Assembly: GCA_030390025.1 (NCBI GenBank)
Contig: CM059427.1
Coordinates: forward strand, 186,496,001 to 186,560,000
Length of the DNA: 64,000 nucleotides
Origin: Squalus acanthias
Lineage: Eukaryota
Direction: 5' to 3'
The notes below the pieces were generated by a model that saw only the letters and a list, made by a program, of their open reading frames with translations, did no database searches and was not told the origin of the DNA. The translations under genes and the position numbers were made by a program. This document shows positions 60,351 through 64,000 of the stretch, piece by piece. Each line of letters begins with the position of its first letter. Position 1 is the first letter of the stretch.

Positions 60351-62072
60351 AAATTTTAAAAAAGGTGGTGGTGAGCCGCCTACTTGAACCGCTGCAGTCT
60401 ATGCGGTGAAGGTTCTCCCACAGTGCTGTTAGGTAGGGAATTCCAGGATTTTACCCAGCGACGATAAAGGAACGGCGATATATTTCCAAGTCACGATGGT
60501 GTGTGACTTGGAGGGGAACTTGCAGGGGATGGTGTTCCCAGGTGCCTGCTGCCCTTGTCCTTCTAGGCGGTAGAGTTCGCGGCTTTGGGAGGTACTGTCG
60601 AACTTAAATCAAACTTAAATAAACAAAAATTCATTCCAACTGAGGGCTAGTGCATTGTGTGTGCAAAAGCAGGGAACTCAAGGCTGCAGAGCCACTGGCC
60701 CTCATTATAATATATGTAAATTAGCTCATTTGGGAACTCCACAGGCACAACATGGGAAGGGGAAAAATCTTCAAGGTGATTCATGGAGATTAACTTTGGA
60801 GTTGATATGAAATCGAAACAGCTTCTTCCCCATTTTGCTGTCAATAATAATTACACTGGTAGTGCAGAATTTCTGAATTTGCTCTCAGAGTCTGTGAGCA
60901 CAGGTTGGGAGGGCCACTCAGGTACAAATCTGTTCACATGTGCAGCCTTCTGTAAACTGATACAGAAGAGACATATGCTGGAATTGGGAAAAGCAGAGAC
61001 AATGCCACTCTAGAGCCAAGTCTACCATCCACCTTATGTGAGTCTATAAACTCGAAGTGTGTAGATATCGTGTGTTAGCAGTGTGCTAGATTTCACAATG
61101 TTTCTGTGCTTTTGGAAAGTGGATGAACAGTTCCCAGAGCGCTGTGCATTTTCCACCTTGATGCTCCATCAAGCTTGCAGTGAAGTGCTGATAGCCTGCA
61201 TTGGAAGGTAAGATTGTAAAAGGAGGCAAAGTGTGAGCTCGCTTACTTTAGCAACCCTTGGGAGATCAGCAAATGACCTCCTCATCTACTCCTTGGGTCA
61301 CTAAGCAGTTTGTAAGATGGGGGAGAGGAGGGAGCAGAGGAGGCAGAGACTACCTTGATTTTGGACAAAAAATGTCCATGAACTCTTGCATCAAAGATCA
61401 CAATTGAGGCTGTGGGAAGGGAGGTCTGAAGAGGTGGTATGTGGTGGAGGAGGAGAGTTTGCAGTGGTCCAGCATCACCCTGGAGTGTTGGGGATATTTG
61501 GTCACAGGGTGATGCCATGAAATGATCCAGAATGTGCTCCCCACCATATGGAGGGCAAGAAAGTCCATCTAAATTTCTGGAGCTTTTCTCTGCCCTGGTT
61601 ACACAAACAGACGAAATACCTGTGGAAAAGCAAAGAATAGATGAGGTTGAAAAAGGCAGCTGGTTGTGTCCAAATATATTTTTCTCTCCTCTTCCAAATC
61701 TCCATGTTGCTCCTCGGTGACATCATGCACAGGATCAACATCCATATGTATGTTGAGGACACCCAGCTCTCCCTCTCGACCATTTCCCACGACCGCCATG
61801 ATGACCTGTGATCTTCAGCCTTCAGCCACAGTCTGGAAATACCACGGAATCTCTCCTCCTCTTCATTTCTCCGCACTGCTTTAAAAACATTCTCCATACC
61901 CATTTAAAAAAAATATTGAGTCTGATCTCCTAATTTTCATATCAAGGTATGTTGAAGCCGTCCGAGATCTCTGCTCTCCTACAATGTTGGCAAACCTGAT
62001 TTTCATCGGTCCACAATTGGCGATCGTGCCTTCAGCTGCCTAAGCCCTAAGCTCTGGAATTCCCACACTAAG

Positions 62073-62740
62073 GCCGGAATTTTAATTGGGAGGCTGGTTG
62101 GGAGTGGTGGGGGCATTGCTAGGAAGCGGTCGGGAAACCCGGGACAGTGGGTTTCCTGCAGGCCCTGGCGAATTTAACGGCAGTACCTGATTAGCATTTC
62201 ATAGGTCTATTTCCCACCCATAGCCAGCCAGATAGAGAGGCTGGCTAGCTGCGGGCGGGTAGGCCTGTGGCACTAGGCCGCAGAGATGAGTGAGGGAGGG
62301 ATTGGGTTGGGGCTGGCGGATGGTGGGGAGACAGAGGAGGTTTGGCGGCGAGGAAAGCTTCGGGGCCGGAGGATCGATGGGGGTGGGGGGAGGGAATGGA
62401 AGCATCTGGGCTGGACGATCAGGGGGAAGGGAAGCATGGGGGCCAGAGCAACGGGGGGAGGAGAGGATCAGGGCTGGAGGAGCATCTGGGCTGAAGGCGG
62501 GAGTCAGCGGCCTCGTGTGGTTTTGAGGCCTTGTGGGAGTGATCAGAGGCCTCAGAGCTCGTGGGGAGCTCGGAGGCCTCAAGGGGGGGATCGGAGGCCT
62601 CGTGGGGGGTCTCCGATCGCGGGTGTGGGTCAGGCAGCAACGCTGGATCCAGCAAGTAAGTATAAAGGCACTTACCTCCTGGATCTAGCAGTCCTCTCCT
62701 TCCTTTAGCTGGCGGGTTCCCCGAGGCCTGAGAAACCCTC
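62073..62740. mobile_element. MITE-like element related to 55-600
   Basis: Starts ggccggaattttaattggg; shared core at 62640-62740; G-rich low-complexity centre. Confidence 0.6.
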
Positions 62741-63250
62741 CATGGCCTCGCTCCTTCCTATCTCTGTAATCTCCTTCAGCCCCACAACCCCTCGAGATAT
62801 CTGCGCTCATCTAATTCTGCCCTCTTGAGCATCCCTGATTATACTCGTTCAACCTTTGGAGGCCGTGCCTTCTGTTGCCTAGGCCCTGAGCTCTGGAATT
62901 TCCTGCCTAAACCTCTCCGCCTCGCTACCTCTCTTTCCTCCTTTAAGACGCCCCTTAACACCTACACCTTTACCAAGCTTTTGGGCACCTGCCCTAATTT
63001 ATCCTTATGTGGCTTGGTGTCAAATTATTTTTTTTGTCTTTAATAATCCAGTGAAGCGCCTTGGGATGTTTTACTACATTAAAGGCGCTATATAAATACA
63101 AGTTGTTGTAGTTGTTGTACTATTCCATGATTCTAAAGACGCTATATCAATTCAAGTTGTTGTTTTTCGCTTTATGTATTTTTTCACTCTTTGTCAAGTG
63201 CCTTGGAACTTTCCTTTCATTAAAAGTGCTATATAAATGTAAGTATTATT
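62741..63250 (+). mobile_element. L2-like LINE 3' end with reiterated tail
   Basis: GGRAF..GPELWNFLP motif; tail aaagg.gctatataaat.caagt present three times. Confidence 0.75.
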
Positions 63251-63412
63251 TGTTAAATCTTTGGGGGCTGAGACAATGTCTGAGAAACCACAATCCATTA
63301 TAGTAAGTGTATCTATAGGAAATTGACTTTCGCTCTTTGTTCTATGCAGCTTCTTACTGGGGAGTGTATGTGCTGTGTCACTTTGGAAATGAATCATAAC
63401 TAATAATTTACC

Positions 63413-63550
63413 TAGGAACATAGGAACAGGAGTAGGCCATTTAGCCCCTTGAGCCTGTTCCACCATTCAATGAGATTATGGCTGATCTGTGACCTAATTC
63501 CATATATTCGCCTTTGCCCCATATCCCTTAATACCTTTGGTTAACAAAAA
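63413..63550 (-). mobile_element. CR1 3' tail fragment
   Basis: taggaacataggaacaggagtaggccatttagcccc..gcctgttccaccattcaatgagat. Confidence 0.8.
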
Positions 63551-63574
63551 TGAATTCTCTACAGTATTACAGTG

Positions 63575-64000
63575 TCAGCCGTCACAGAGTTGGTAGCAAT
63601 CTTGTCTCTGAGTCAGAAGGTTGTGGGTTCAAGTCCCACTGCAGAGACTTGAGTGCAAAAATCTAGACTGACACTCCAGTGCAGTACTGAGGGAGTGCTG
63701 CATGGTTGGATCTGCTGTCTTTTGGATGAGATGTTAAAACGAGGTTGTGTCTGCAGTCTCAGGTGGAAGTAAAATATCCCATGGCACTATTTCGAAGTTA
63801 TCCCCGATGTCCTGGCCAATATTCATCCCTCAATCAACTTCACTAAAACAGATTATCTGGTCATTATCACATTGCTGTTTGTGGGAGCTTGCTGTCGCTG
63901 TCGCTGCCATGGTTCCTACATTACAACAGTGACCACACCTCAAAAGTACTTTCATTGGCTGTAAAGCACTTTGGGACGTCCCGAGGTCCTGAAAGGTGCG
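63575..64000 (+). mobile_element. DeuSINE-type SINE (SacSINE1-like)
   Basis: tRNA-like head (agttggtagc..ggttcaagtccc), Deu-like core gtgcagtactgagggagtgctgca..ggatgagatgttaaa, L2-like tail ttggctgtaaagcactttggga. Confidence 0.8.

Noticed and set aside
60686-62070. TM or cytoplasmic exons of paralog B
   Set aside because: No similarity to 8096-8199 or 10066-10173 and no convincing hydrophobic exon with splice sites.
62199-62708. Pro-rich and Gly-rich overlapping ORFs (also 6..357)
   Set aside because: Products of the G-rich low-complexity interior of a MITE-like repeat.

Overview
Eukaryotic, intron-rich, transposon-dense DNA that looks like a cartilaginous fish (shark): it carries an HE1-like V-SINE, a SacSINE1/DeuSINE-like SINE, CR1 and RTE LINEs and Penelope fragments. 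The only host genes I can support are two tandem + strand paralogs of an immunoglobulin-superfamily type I membrane receptor with CD4/LAG-3-like V-C2-V-C2 architecture. Paralog A is represented by its 3' part: D3 2669-3010, D4 3089-3358, a transmembrane exon 8096-8199 with an intramembrane lysine, and candidate cytoplasmic exons 8465-8518 and 10066-10173. Paralog B is represented by its 5' part: leader 34356-34443, a cysteine-free D1 37574-37914 with a 1-nt frameshift, D2 41701-41970, D3 47149-47487 and D4 47566-47835; its TM exon was not found in the window. The paralogs differ mostly by replacement substitutions and neither candidate tail of A has an Lck-binding motif, suggesting a diversifying, adaptor-coupled activating receptor family rather than CD4 or LAG-3 proper. 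The rest is nested transposable elements: PIF/Harbinger transposons (one two-gene copy, several Myb-retaining deletion derivatives, many MITEs with 3-bp TSDs), CR1/RTE LINEs, three solo LTRs with 4-bp TSDs, SINEs, and Penelope-like fragments carrying minimal hammerhead ribozyme cores. Coordinates were read by eye; TE boundaries without a TSD are approximate.
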